A stretch of DNA of 64,000 bases. Origin: an uncultured Victivallis sp. Its GTDB lineage: Bacteria > Verrucomicrobiota > Lentisphaeria > Victivallales > GWF2-50-93. Positions within the stretch are counted from its first letter, which is position 1, and the number at the start of each line of letters is the position of its first letter. The position numbers and the translations under genes were made by a program. The stretch is from the NCBI GenBank assembly GCA_964540865.1, contig CAZION010000016.1, positions 2,914 to 66,913 on the forward strand. The letters are read 5' to 3'. Positions 8,944 to 21,986 of the stretch are shown piece by piece. The notes under the pieces were generated by a model. It did not search any database. It had not been told where the DNA came from and worked only from the letters and a program-made list of their open reading frames with translations.

Positions 8944-10086
8944 ATGATGAAAAAAGAATTATATCTCATGTCGACATTGTTGATCCTGTGCTCCGCTTAC
9001 GTTGGTGCGGCTGATAAAGCTGCTCCAGCACCAGCCACAGCAGTGGCAGTTGCTCCTGCGCCAGCAGCAACACCTGCAGCTGCGCCAGTTGCAAAACCAG
9101 CCGCCAAGGATGCGGAAAAGAATGCAAATGTCGACCCTCTCGCATTCCTCCCGGAAATTGTCGCCAAAATCGGTGATGAGAAAATCACAAAGGCTGACAT
9201 TCTCGTCGAATTCAAGCCTGTAATCGCAATGATGAATGAAAGCGGACAGCTCGATTCGATCCCGGCAGATGTGTGGAAAACAGAAGTCAAGGAGAGACTC
9301 GACGATATGATTGCCACCAAGCTTCTTGTAAAGCTTGCTGAAGCCGATGGATACAAGCCGGATCCCGTTAAGGCTGAAGAGGAATTCAAGAAACTCACCG
9401 CCCAGATCCCTCCAGAACAGCTTGCGGAGACCTTTACAAAACAGGGAATGACTCCAGAGGCCATAAAGGCGAGAATTGCAATGGGACTTGCAATTCAGAA
9501 ATGGATTGAGGAGAAAGTTGCTCCAAACATTAAGGTTTCCGACGAGGATGCAGAAAAGTTCTACCGTGAAAACCAGGAACGCTTCAAGAAACCTGAAACT
9601 GTACGCGCCTCGCACATACTGATAAAAGTTGATGAAATAGATCCGGAGAAGGCGAAGGGAATGACAGATGAACAGAAAAAGAAGGCGTCTGATGACCTGA
9701 AGCAGCAGGCACTAAAAAAAGCCCAAGACATACTTGCCAAACTGAAACAGGGTGAAGATTTTGCGAAACTCGCAACTGAGAACAGCGCATGCCCCAGCAA
9801 GGAAAAAGGTGGAGATCTTGGAGCATTCGAAAAAGGGAAAATGTCCGAGGAATTTGAAAAGGCGGCATTCGCACTCAAACCAGGTGAATTGAGCGATGTG
9901 GTTGAAACCGAATTCGGCTATCACATAATCAAAACCACAGAGAAAAAGGAATCAGAATTCATGCCCTTCCAGGATGTCAAAAGTTTCCTTGTCGAAGGTT
10001 TGAAAAACCAGAAGACTTCTGAAATCATCCAGGACAAGATCGAGACTGAGAAAAAGAACAAGAAAGTTGAAATTTTTGTAAACTGA
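8944..10086 (+). CDS. peptidyl-prolyl cis-trans isomerase, SurA/PrsA-like parvulin
   Basis: The 380 aa ORF has a signal peptide, an Ala/Pro-rich linker, a SurA-like N-terminal domain, and a parvulin core (RASHILIKV...GGDLGAFEKGKMSEEFEKAAFALKPGELSDVVETEFGYHIIK). RBS AAGGTGGG lies upstream. Confidence 0.85.
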   Translation: MMKKELYLMSTLLILCSAYVGAADKAAPAPATAVAVAPAPAATPAAAPVAKPAAKDAEKNANVDPLAFLPEIVAKIGDEKITKADILVEFKPVIAMMNESGQLDSIPADVWKTEVKERLDDMIATKLLVKLAEADGYKPDPVKAEEEFKKLTAQIPPEQLAETFTKQGMTPEAIKARIAMGLAIQKWIEEKVAPNIKVSDEDAEKFYRENQERFKKPETVRASHILIKVDEIDPEKAKGMTDEQKKKASDDLKQQALKKAQDILAKLKQGEDFAKLATENSACPSKEKGGDLGAFEKGKMSEEFEKAAFALKPGELSDVVETEFGYHIIKTTEKKESEFMPFQDVKSFLVEGLKNQKTSEIIQDKIETEKKNKKVEIFVN

Positions 10087-10096
10087 GGAGGCTGAC

Positions 10097-10708
10097 ATGA
10101 AGATATATTTCGCACTTGCAATGTTCGCCATGCTGCTGCTCTCTTCCGGTTGCGGAACGGATCCTGCACGAATTGATGCGTCGGGTAATTCAGGACTCAC
10201 AACCACGGATGAAATCAATTTCAAAGACTGGCAGATGGCAGCTGAAAAATGCGTGAACTCACTTCTTGAATCGGGGACGCTCGTCCGACCGGACGGAAAG
10301 AAGTCCGTCGTTATGGTCAGCACCGTGAAGAACTCCACTACGCAGCATATTGACGTACAGATACTCACGCAGAAGATCACCAGCGCAATCCTGCGTTCAG
10401 GGAAAGCAGTTACAACAACTGCGGTGAGCGGCGCAGGCGCCACGGACAAGTCGACAAAACAGGTCCGAGATCTGCAGGATGACGAGATGTTCAACCAGAA
10501 GACTGTGAAGAAGATGGGGACTGCGATCGCCCCGGATTACAGCCTTGCTGGTGAAATCACCCAGATGAAGACGGCAGAGGGCAGGATGCGTGAATCATAT
10601 TTCTATTTCCATATGACACTCACCGACCTTGAAACCGGTCTGGCCGTATGGGAGAGCCCGGACATCGAAATTGCGAAACAGAGCAAAAAAGCCCTGATGG
10701 GATTTTGA
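10097..10708 (+). CDS. LpoB-like lipoprotein (penicillin-binding protein activator family)
   Basis: It has the lipobox LLSSGCG. The C-terminal region ...IAPDYSLAGEITQMKTAEGRMRESYFYFHMTLTDLETGLAVWE resembles the LpoB/YcfM fold signature. RBS GAGGAGG lies upstream. Confidence 0.55.
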   Translation: MKIYFALAMFAMLLLSSGCGTDPARIDASGNSGLTTTDEINFKDWQMAAEKCVNSLLESGTLVRPDGKKSVVMVSTVKNSTTQHIDVQILTQKITSAILRSGKAVTTTAVSGAGATDKSTKQVRDLQDDEMFNQKTVKKMGTAIAPDYSLAGEITQMKTAEGRMRESYFYFHMTLTDLETGLAVWESPDIEIAKQSKKALMGF

Positions 10709-10742
10709 TAAACCATTAATTGTTTACTATATTTGTTTAAAA

Positions 10743-10769
10743 GGCGGTGCCGGGTCGGTACCGCCTTTT
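10743..10769 (+). terminator. candidate rho-independent terminator
   Basis: GGCGGTGCC (10743-10751) pairs with GGTACCGCC (10757-10765) with one G-U pair. TTTT follows. Confidence 0.6.
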
Positions 10770-10797
10770 CTATAAAACAGTGCTTGGACAAAAACTG

Positions 10798-11355
10798 ATG
10801 AACTCTGAATTTGAAAATTTCCTTGAGCTCGTAAAGAAGCGCAAAAGCTGTCGCGATTACAGCGAAGCTCCTGTCCCGGACGAATCAATCACAAACTGCA
10901 TTGAAGCCGCCCGCCTCGCGCCTTCCGCCTGCAACAAACAGCCGTGGCGCTTCATGATTGTCAAAGACTGCGAACTTCGCAAAAAACTGTGCTCCGAGGG
11001 GCTTCTTCCCGGCCTTCCGATGCCATGGATTAAGAGTGCTCCCGTAATCATTGTCCTATGCGCAGAGACAAACGTGTTGACACACGTTATCGCACCAATT
11101 ATTTCAAAGGTGCAGTATCATCTGATAGACATAGGGATTGCAGGTGAACATTTCGTTCTTGCGGCAGAAGCGCAGGGGCTAGCCACGTGTTGGATCGGTT
11201 GGTTCAACGGGAAGAGAGTTCGGAAAATCCTCAATCTGCCACGCTCCCTCGAAGTCCTATCGCTTATCAGCCTGGGCTACCCCGCAAATTCTTCAGAACC
11301 GAAAAATGAGATGAACCGAATGAAAATTGAAGAGATTTCAAAAACAATATTTTAA
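10798..11355 (+). CDS. nitroreductase family protein
   Basis: I prefer ATG 10798 (MNSEFENFLELVKKRKSCRDYSEAPVPDESITNCIEAARLAPSACNKQPWRFMIV), a classic nitroreductase N-terminal motif. The track ORF start at 10747 lies inside the terminator. Confidence 0.85.
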   Translation: MNSEFENFLELVKKRKSCRDYSEAPVPDESITNCIEAARLAPSACNKQPWRFMIVKDCELRKKLCSEGLLPGLPMPWIKSAPVIIVLCAETNVLTHVIAPIISKVQYHLIDIGIAGEHFVLAAEAQGLATCWIGWFNGKRVRKILNLPRSLEVLSLISLGYPANSSEPKNEMNRMKIEEISKTIF

Positions 11356-11431
11356 CTTGATTTTAAACCCTTCCTTGATTAACTTTGGCACATATATATA
11401 ATAAAATCTACCATCAGACTGAGGCGCCAGC

Positions 11432-12751
11432 ATGTTCGCAAAACGATCTATCCATGGAATGCTGTTGACCCGACTTCTTCTCGTGACCTCCGTAATCTCC
11501 ATATTAGTTGCTGTTTTAATCACCCTCAAGGAAAGCAGTCACGTTTCAAGGATTGCGTTGGACAGGGCTCTAATGCGGATGGGCATCCTGAGGGCGCTTG
11601 CCCTAGAACAGCTCGACGCCCCGAATCTTGGGAATCGTGCAAAACTCCAGGAAATGCTCAATGCGATTGCCTACAAGGGCTTCGACTTAAACACAGGACA
11701 TCACGTGTTCTTCCGCATCCTTGACACTTCCTTCAGCGAAATTGCTAGAACCGGGGATCTAAACCATGACAACATTACCGCTATAGAAAAATATGTTGGT
11801 TCAGAGAATTTCCGTACGAAGCGCAAGGATCTCGAGCCCAAAGTCAATCATACGCACATCGGCAAGGGGAAATACGTCCAAGTCCTGCTTCCAATCTTAA
11901 ATAGCAAAGGTGTTGTCGTGGCCTATGTGGAGGGCTTTTTTGCAACCTCTCGCGAGGAGGAACAGTCGATGTTCATTGATATTCTCCGCGAGATCGGACT
12001 GGCTGTCGGCACGGTCGTTGTTACGGCCCTGATACTCTATCCTTTCATTGTAAGGTTTATGCGGCGATTTACAAATCTCTCATACCGCCTGCTCGATTCC
12101 AACCTTGAGACTCTCCGTGTGCTTGGCAGCGCAATTGCCAAACGCGACAGCGATACGGATATTCACAATTTCCGCGTAACGATATATTCAGTGCGGATTG
12201 CCGAGGCCCTTGGTCTCGATGATCAGACGGTCCGGATCCTCATCAAAGGTGCACTTCTCCACGACATCGGAAAGATCGGCATCCGGGACAGCATCTTGCT
12301 GAAGCCTGGACGATTGGATGAGAATGAATTTGCCGAGATGAAATTGCACGTGAACCATGGCATAGATATTGTAAACCGGTCATCATGGACCATGGAAGCT
12401 TTGCCAGTTGTCGCAAGTCATCACGAGAAATTTGACGGCAATGGATATCCTGCCGGACTAAAGAACAAAGACATTCCAATCCTGGCTAGAATATTTGCAG
12501 TTGCGGATGTTTTCGACGCACTCACATCACGCCGACCTTACAAGGAACCCTTCGGTTTCGATAAAACCATCGGAATTCTCACGGAAGGCAGGGGAAACCA
12601 CTTCGACCCTGAAATTATCGATGTGTTCCTAAAAATCGCCCGCACCCTCTTCGATGCATACGGCAATAAGGATGATGACAAACCACGCAAAGACCTATCC
12701 GAAATCATAGAAAGATACTACAAGGTTGATATTGCCGCATTAATTGATTAA
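11432..12751 (+). CDS. membrane-anchored HD-GYP domain phosphodiesterase (c-di-GMP)
   Basis: The 439 aa ORF has two TM segments flanking a sensor domain, then LHDIGKIGI...HVNHG...SHHEKFDGNGYPAGL...ADVFDALTSRRPYK (HD and GYP motifs). Confidence 0.85.
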   Translation: MFAKRSIHGMLLTRLLLVTSVISILVAVLITLKESSHVSRIALDRALMRMGILRALALEQLDAPNLGNRAKLQEMLNAIAYKGFDLNTGHHVFFRILDTSFSEIARTGDLNHDNITAIEKYVGSENFRTKRKDLEPKVNHTHIGKGKYVQVLLPILNSKGVVVAYVEGFFATSREEEQSMFIDILREIGLAVGTVVVTALILYPFIVRFMRRFTNLSYRLLDSNLETLRVLGSAIAKRDSDTDIHNFRVTIYSVRIAEALGLDDQTVRILIKGALLHDIGKIGIRDSILLKPGRLDENEFAEMKLHVNHGIDIVNRSSWTMEALPVVASHHEKFDGNGYPAGLKNKDIPILARIFAVADVFDALTSRRPYKEPFGFDKTIGILTEGRGNHFDPEIIDVFLKIARTLFDAYGNKDDDKPRKDLSEIIERYYKVDIAALID

Positions 12752-12960
12752 ATTTGCCTGCTGGAAGCCTTTCCGAACAGACTGTTCATTATACTTTTCA
12801 GCCCACCTGCCAACCGCATTGATTTAATTGCTGTTTTTTTTGTATATGTAAGTTTCACATATGATAAACAAATGAACCGTCATCTTGATTATTGCATCTG
12901 GGAAGTGTATCTTGGTACGTCAAAAGTATCCATACCATAACTAAAATTAAGGGGGATGCA

Positions 12961-13200
12961 ATGGGATTCTTCAGCAGTCTTTTCGGCAAGAAAAAAACGG
13001 CAGGGGAACTTCTGGTTCCCTGCGCCAACTTAAAGTGTCGTAAAATCTTTAAAGAATCTGAGGGTACGAACCCAACTGACACTGTCAGTGTATACGGACT
13101 GAATGAGTTCAAATGCCCTTACTGCAAGGAGAAATTCACTCTCAACAGGGAAAAAGTTGTGGCCCATCAGGATAAACTGATAAAAAGAATGAAAAATTAG
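12961..13200 (+). CDS. small zinc-ribbon protein
   Basis: I prefer ATG 12961 behind AAGGGGGA. The product is MGFFSSLFGKKKTAGELLVPCANLKCRKIF...FKCPYCKEKF (CxxxxC...CxxC). No family recognised. Confidence 0.5.
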   Translation: MGFFSSLFGKKKTAGELLVPCANLKCRKIFKESEGTNPTDTVSVYGLNEFKCPYCKEKFTLNREKVVAHQDKLIKRMKN

Positions 13201-13241
13201 CGTTTTCATGGTTAACTTAAAAAAGGTTATTTATTCGTAAA

Positions 13242-14285
13242 ATGGCAGATAACAATACGTTTGGAGTCTTGCTTGATGGAAAATCTGAAGACCTAGCAAA
13301 AAGCTATGAGGATTTCAATGGTCTGCCCGTTGATCAGGACATGAGCGGGAACAGTGATTTCAGGTCGAGCGGAAAACAGAAGACAATAGCAAAGCCAGTT
13401 GAAGTAAGTGCGCCGGGAACTTTTTCCAAGCATAAGATAAGCAGGCTTCTTCTTGAACCATGCAGCAAGGAAGGATGGTGGATCAAAAGGACCGACCTGC
13501 CTGATTCACTGCCGATAAAAGTCTCCAACAGGAATGTCTGGACCACCGGCGACATGGTGAGCAGCATCGTTTTAAGGTCCGGGAACCCACACAACTATAT
13601 CCGTCTTGCAGAACACGTTATCGCCTTGAAAATGGGACTTGACGTCGACAACCTGATGATTTCAATGGATTCCGGAGATCCTCCCCTCTTTGAACAGGGA
13701 AGCATGGAGCTTGTAAGGGCAATCATGGATGCCGGCCGGATTGAGCAGGAAAAAACTGTAAGATATTTCACTGTGAAAGAGACGGTTTCCATATGCGGAC
13801 GCAATGGTGGTTTCATGATCATAGCCCCGCCGGACAAAAACAAGTTCAGCCTTGAAATAGACTGCGCCCGTAATTTCCCCAATGCAATCGGGAAACAGAG
13901 GATCAGGTTCACATTGAACAAGGATACTTTCTGCTTCGGTTCAAACGCCAGAACCAACACGACCACAAAACAGATGCTTTTCTGCATGACGGCAGGAAAA
14001 ATATTTGCGGATATCCGCCACCTCGGCTACAACCGGAGGAATGTGCTGATTGCCGGAAAAAGAAAATACATCAATGAACCGAAATACATGTACAACGGTA
14101 AATCCCTTGAAGCCGCATGGCACAGGGCGAACCTTGACCTTCTTGCCGCAATCTCCCTTATCGAGGAAGGTCGCCTGCTGGGAAAGATCACCGATTACAA
14201 GGGCGGGCACTACATGGATGTTGAAATGGTGAAACTCCTTTACGCAAACAACCTGCTGGTGGAAGTGACTGCGGAAAACACATAA
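13242..14285 (+). CDS. LpxC-like protein (divergent UDP-3-O-acyl-GlcNAc deacetylase family paralog)
   Basis: Aligned by eye to E. coli LpxC. IRLAEHVIALKMGLDVDNLMISMDSGDPPLFEQGSMELVRAIMDAGRIEQ corresponds to [56 protein letters not shown] corresponds to RHKMLD, and KGGH to KSGH. It has a ~45 aa N-terminal extension, and several catalytic-site positions differ. Confidence 0.6.
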   Translation: MADNNTFGVLLDGKSEDLAKSYEDFNGLPVDQDMSGNSDFRSSGKQKTIAKPVEVSAPGTFSKHKISRLLLEPCSKEGWWIKRTDLPDSLPIKVSNRNVWTTGDMVSSIVLRSGNPHNYIRLAEHVIALKMGLDVDNLMISMDSGDPPLFEQGSMELVRAIMDAGRIEQEKTVRYFTVKETVSICGRNGGFMIIAPPDKNKFSLEIDCARNFPNAIGKQRIRFTLNKDTFCFGSNARTNTTTKQMLFCMTAGKIFADIRHLGYNRRNVLIAGKRKYINEPKYMYNGKSLEAAWHRANLDLLAAISLIEEGRLLGKITDYKGGHYMDVEMVKLLYANNLLVEVTAENT

Positions 14286-14515
14286 AAAAATACAATTTCC
14301 TGCGTAATAAATTTAAAATGATAAATTTTTAACATTTCTTTTTGGACAAAACCCCTTTCCAGTTGTAGGGTACGAAAGTCTTTTAGTGAATTACATACTT
14401 CACTGAAACTCTAACAGTTTTCAATCCCTGTTTTTCCATAAGGCCAAACAGGGGTATTCGTGTTTAAAATGAACAGAATGTTTAATAGTACAGACTCAAA
14501 ACAAGGAGAATTCAA

Positions 14516-18028
<3,513 letters not shown>

Positions 18029-18069
18029 TAATTTTTCTCTGCGAGAAAAATTAAACAACATATGGCAAA

Positions 18070-18098
18070 GCGGCGCAATAAAATGCGCCGCTTTTTTT
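18070..18098 (+). terminator. rho-independent terminator after PFOR
   Basis: GCGGCGCA (18070-18077), loop ATAAAA, TGCGCCGC (18084-18091), then T7. The design is nearly the same as the ppdK terminator. Confidence 0.85.
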
Positions 18099-18151
18099 AT
18101 ATGATGCCAGATTATCTACTGAAAACATCTCAGATGAAAAAAGGTGGAAAA

Positions 18152-18607
18152 ATGAAAAAAAGCGAGATCCGCAAAAAGATAAGGGAATTGTTCGAAACAC
18201 AGAAGCTGGGAATCCTTGCCACCCTGGGAAAGTCCTTTCCATATCAGAACATCGTGGCGTTTGCGGCCACTGACGACCTGAAGAATATCATTTTCACCAC
18301 CAAGCGCATGACTTCAAAATACAAGAACCTGAAAAATTCCCCGAAGGTGTCCATGTTCATCGACAACCGTTCAAACAGGGAAAATGATTTTCAAGATGCG
18401 CTCGGCCTGACTGCCATCGGCAATGCAAGGGAACTGCGTGGCCCGCAACGCGAGAAAACAATGTCCAGATTCATAAAACGCCACCCCAGCCTTGAAGAAT
18501 TCATATCCACGCCAAACAGCGCCATTTTCATTTTGAGGGTGCGTGTCTATTTCCTGGTCATGAATTTCCAGGAAGTCATAGAAATCCGGACAGACACATG
18601 GAAATAG
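18152..18607 (+). CDS. pyridoxamine 5'-phosphate oxidase family (FMN-binding split-barrel) protein
   Basis: I prefer ATG 18152 behind AAGGTGG, because the track start at 18062 lies in the terminator. The product MKKSEIRKKIRELFETQKLGILATLGKSFPYQNIVAFAATDDLKNIIFTT shows a PNPOx-like pattern. Confidence 0.6.
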   Translation: MKKSEIRKKIRELFETQKLGILATLGKSFPYQNIVAFAATDDLKNIIFTTKRMTSKYKNLKNSPKVSMFIDNRSNRENDFQDALGLTAIGNARELRGPQREKTMSRFIKRHPSLEEFISTPNSAIFILRVRVYFLVMNFQEVIEIRTDTWK

Positions 18608-18629
18608 GAGAGAGTATTCTTCTCCAGAA

Positions 18630-19820
18630 TCATAAAGCCTCACGATAAACTGCTTTTACACCATCGCGCCCAACGGGTGGACGGCTAGCCAGCGTCCCTG
18701 TGGCGTTGAAGCTGATTCGGGCCACATCTTCAACCATATCGTCTATTTCAGTCTCGGATATGTCGAATGCGGATAATCGGGTCGGGACTTCCAAGCGTCG
18801 GAGAAAGGCTTCAACCCTTCTGATTCCTTCCAGGGCTATTTCTTCAGGATTCCGTCCCTCCTGCTTGATGCCGAAAATGCGTTCGGCAAACTGAACGTAC
18901 CTATCAAGCCTGCGGCGGTATATGAATTTCATCCAGGCCGGCATGATGATGGATAGTGTCGCTCCATGTGTTATGTTGTATCGCGCCGAAAGGACATGCC
19001 CTAGCTGGTGCATGGGTGACCCAGGGGTGACACCAGCCTGAATCCAGCCGTTCCAAGCAAGTACGGAAGCCCACTGAATATTTGCGCGCAAGGCCAGGTC
19101 GGCAGGCTCGCGGACGATCTTCTCGACCAGATCCATGACGGAGGATAACGCCTTCTTGGAGACGGTCCTGCACAGGAGTATCATCTGCACCGTTAAAGTA
19201 GGATTCGATGACGTGGGAGATGGCGTCCACGGCACCGCATACGGTCTGATACTTGGGCAAACCTGTCGTGAGAGACGGATCAATTATGGACACGGCCGGA
19301 TAAAGCACCTCATGGAAGACGTAGGATTTCTCGACCGTCTCATCGTTCGTCACCACGGCACCGCAATTCATCTCGCTGCTAGTCGCGGGCAATGTTGGCA
19401 ACATGATCATGGGAAGCGCCTTCTCCGGAGGGATTGACACTTCAATATCATGGCGACTCTTGATCATCTTCCAGAGATCGTGCGGATACAGCGCGCCGGC
19501 GGCAATAATCTTAGTCGCATCCATCACGCTGCCTCCCCCGACGGCGATCAGCACATCTATGCGATGTTCCTTGCAGAGCTCGACCCCCGCACTTGGCTCA
19601 TCATGGGGTTTGCCGTGATGGCATAGTGAGTTGACACTGCCACTCCTGATTCCGCAAGCAATGTTTTTATACGGGGCAGTAAATCTCCAAAGAAGGTGTT
19701 GTCCCTATATGAAACAAGCAGAGCCCTTTTCCCGAGCTTTGCCGCTTCCGTACCAACCCTGGCGGCTTCACCAGGTCCAAAAATTACACGCACCGGATTG
19801 TAAAATTCAAAACGGTCCAC
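18630..19820 (-). pseudogene. iron-containing alcohol dehydrogenase, interrupted by two frameshifts
   Basis: Three track ORFs (19557..19820, 18904..19554, 18630..19283) together tile one Fe-ADH. The pieces are MDRFEFYNPVRVIFGPGE...ITANP, then VELCKEHRIDVLIAVGGGSVMDATK...AISHVIESYF, then SVMDLVEKIV...HQLGHVLSARYNITHGATLSII. Shift 1 is at the C5/G5 run 19584-19588 and shift 2 is near 19150-19156. The outer pieces share one frame and the middle piece is offset by one. Confidence 0.8.
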
Positions 19821-19936
19821 AGAGATTCTCCCTTTAAGTTTTGTGCTTACTTATTCCTGTTCATTTCATTATAAATCTAGCAAGAAAATCAAAAGTGTAT
19901 TCATTTCACCAGCTGTAAAAACAGGCACATTGAATG

Positions 19937-21985
19937 TCAAAGCTTTTCATCTTCTCTTTCAAAAGCCGGAATGGCCTTTCCGGGAAGGTTAACATCATAA
20001 GACTTCGCTTTGCTGGACAACGCCCCAACGCTGAATACCCAGTAAAGGCTTTCATTCCAGTTCATTTTGCCTCCATCGGTTGAAGGCTCAATTCGTATGT
20101 GTATCCGCTGCTTGCCTTTCGTGTAAGAAGGAGGGATATGAAATTCATCCTCGAGCCATCTGAATGTCGGATTCCGATCTGCATAAAACCAGTCACATTC
20201 CTGTATCCTTTTCCCGTCGACATATACGGAGGCATGCTGACCTGGCAATGCCTGGTCTGAACGCCGACGCAAGATAACGCCCTGATTCCCGGGATCTATC
20301 CTTACGATAAACTGACTTGACCCTACAAGAGTTCGCCCATTGTCTGCAATCATAACATCGTCAAACTCCCCTTCGAGGGCGGATGTCAGGTTCCACACAT
20401 TCGAACCATCGGCAGTGTATTCATGTTTTTTTTCTGATTCCGGACCGCCGACATCGAGGAAATCTGTCAGAATCATGGCGGATTCGGGCTCTCCATAATA
20501 GAAAATCAGTCCAGATCGCGGATCAACACCAGACTCGTCCCCGCCGCCGCCTTCAACAGTCATGCGCAAACTTTTTCGAAACGGGTAGAAATCACCCATC
20601 AATAGTCTGAGCATCGACCATTCCGAATTGCCTTTACCGTCGTAGCTGGAAGTCGGATTGGCCTGTGGCGGAAACTCAAATCCCCAGCCGTAACAGGCCC
20701 AGGATTCCGAGCCATCACTTTCGACCGCAGCCGTTCCGCAGCCATCGACATGTACGCGGACATCACCTTCGCACATCGACTTCTCGGCGGTGATCAAGCC
20801 GGCAACCACATGCCCGCTTCCGCGCAAGGTGGCAACGTGTGAGTCGCGGCCTGATTTTTTCGGGGTAATTGCCTGATAGGCAGATGTGCGGAAATGTCCT
20901 GTCCGAGCTTTTGGATATGCCAAGGCGCTCGCCGGCTTGAACACGACTGTACCCGAGATTTTAAGCGATGAGTCAGGGAGCCCGCGATTCTCCAATTCGA
21001 TTTTCGCAGAACGCCAGAATGGCATCGGCCAATAGCAGTACATCGTCCCATCATTGTCGGCACCCTGCATCAGGGTTTGGATGCGATGATATCCAAACTC
21101 ATTGCCGAAGAAGGCGCCTACGGGGCATTCCACTGCCGGATTACTTTCTCCGTCCCAGGTTATACGAATCCACAGCTGCCCAAGTGTATTCCGGTTGACA
21201 GGATCCAAGTGCAGGCGGATGGCGGCCAGGCTGCCTTCACCTTCATGGGAAAAAACAGACTGCACGGATTTTCCAGGGACTGTTATGGAAAATCCTTTCT
21301 CTTCGTTGCCTTGCCGGGGCTTGGGATCTTCTCCGCAGTGTTTCCAGAGATCGAGCAGCTTTGAGTAGTCCTCTTTACCGGTGATTGTGCGTACGCCTTC
21401 CGCGCTCGGATAACTGTGCCAGATAGCATGTCCCCACCCACCGCCAGTAGTGTGATTGCCCTCGAGTTTGATGGATGACGTGATTTTCAAGGATTTTTCG
21501 AACGGCATTGGGCAGAAGCTGCGCACAATCTGAAAATCGATTTTCTGCAACCGCTGATCTTTTGCGACCTGCGGCAGGAACTTATCTGCCAACGGGGTGA
21601 TGAACGGCGGTTTCAACCCGAATTCAGAATGTCTGATTTCAAAACCCGGTGTCGAACTGCCGTCAAAGTAGAAACGGTACAACGGATCCGAGTGTCCTAC
21701 CGCATGATGTACAACAAAATTCCAGAGGCAGCCCGGGCCTTGCGCCTCCATAATGACCCATTCTTTCGTGCGGCCATCCTCGTAGAGCCACCAATCCCAG
21801 TCGGCATTCTTTCCCAGCTTGTCAATGCTCCCCTCATAATGAACCTGCACATTTGGACGAAGCAACGGCAGCAATTCCACATGCATCATCTGGTCAATGC
21901 CCACCCGTTGAATGCCCTCATCGGCAAATGCGCCAACCATGCCTAATGCAATAATCACCACACCAATCATTCCCAGATAAACCAT
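19937..21985 (-). CDS. secreted DUF2961 / GH172-like protein with extra C-terminal beta-sandwich
   Basis: The 682 aa ORF has an N-terminal signal anchor. GPGCLWNFVVHH, YCYWPMPFWRSAKIELENRG, GHFRTSAY and GDVRVHVDG...SDGSESWACYGWGF match my memory of DUF2961 motifs (GPGxIxHIW, NCYFPMPFxxSARIELEN, GYFHAQW, GEGDEKIYVDG...GTGTEDYF). The ATG is 1 nt after the GRE stop. Confidence 0.6.
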   Translation of the reverse strand: MVYLGMIGVVIIALGMVGAFADEGIQRVGIDQMMHVELLPLLRPNVQVHYEGSIDKLGKNADWDWWLYEDGRTKEWVIMEAQGPGCLWNFVVHHAVGHSDPLYRFYFDGSSTPGFEIRHSEFGLKPPFITPLADKFLPQVAKDQRLQKIDFQIVRSFCPMPFEKSLKITSSIKLEGNHTTGGGWGHAIWHSYPSAEGVRTITGKEDYSKLLDLWKHCGEDPKPRQGNEEKGFSITVPGKSVQSVFSHEGEGSLAAIRLHLDPVNRNTLGQLWIRITWDGESNPAVECPVGAFFGNEFGYHRIQTLMQGADNDGTMYCYWPMPFWRSAKIELENRGLPDSSLKISGTVVFKPASALAYPKARTGHFRTSAYQAITPKKSGRDSHVATLRGSGHVVAGLITAEKSMCEGDVRVHVDGCGTAAVESDGSESWACYGWGFEFPPQANPTSSYDGKGNSEWSMLRLLMGDFYPFRKSLRMTVEGGGGDESGVDPRSGLIFYYGEPESAMILTDFLDVGGPESEKKHEYTADGSNVWNLTSALEGEFDDVMIADNGRTLVGSSQFIVRIDPGNQGVILRRRSDQALPGQHASVYVDGKRIQECDWFYADRNPTFRWLEDEFHIPPSYTKGKQRIHIRIEPSTDGGKMNWNESLYWVFSVGALSSKAKSYDVNLPGKAIPAFEREDEKL

Positions 21986-21986
21986 A

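Noticed and set aside
9020-9110. Ala/Pro-rich repetitive stretch (AAPAPATAVAVAPAPAATPAAAPVAKPAAK) as a repeat element.
   Set aside because: It lies in frame within the PPIase ORF, right after the signal peptide. It reads as a flexible low-complexity linker and is not an independent DNA repeat.
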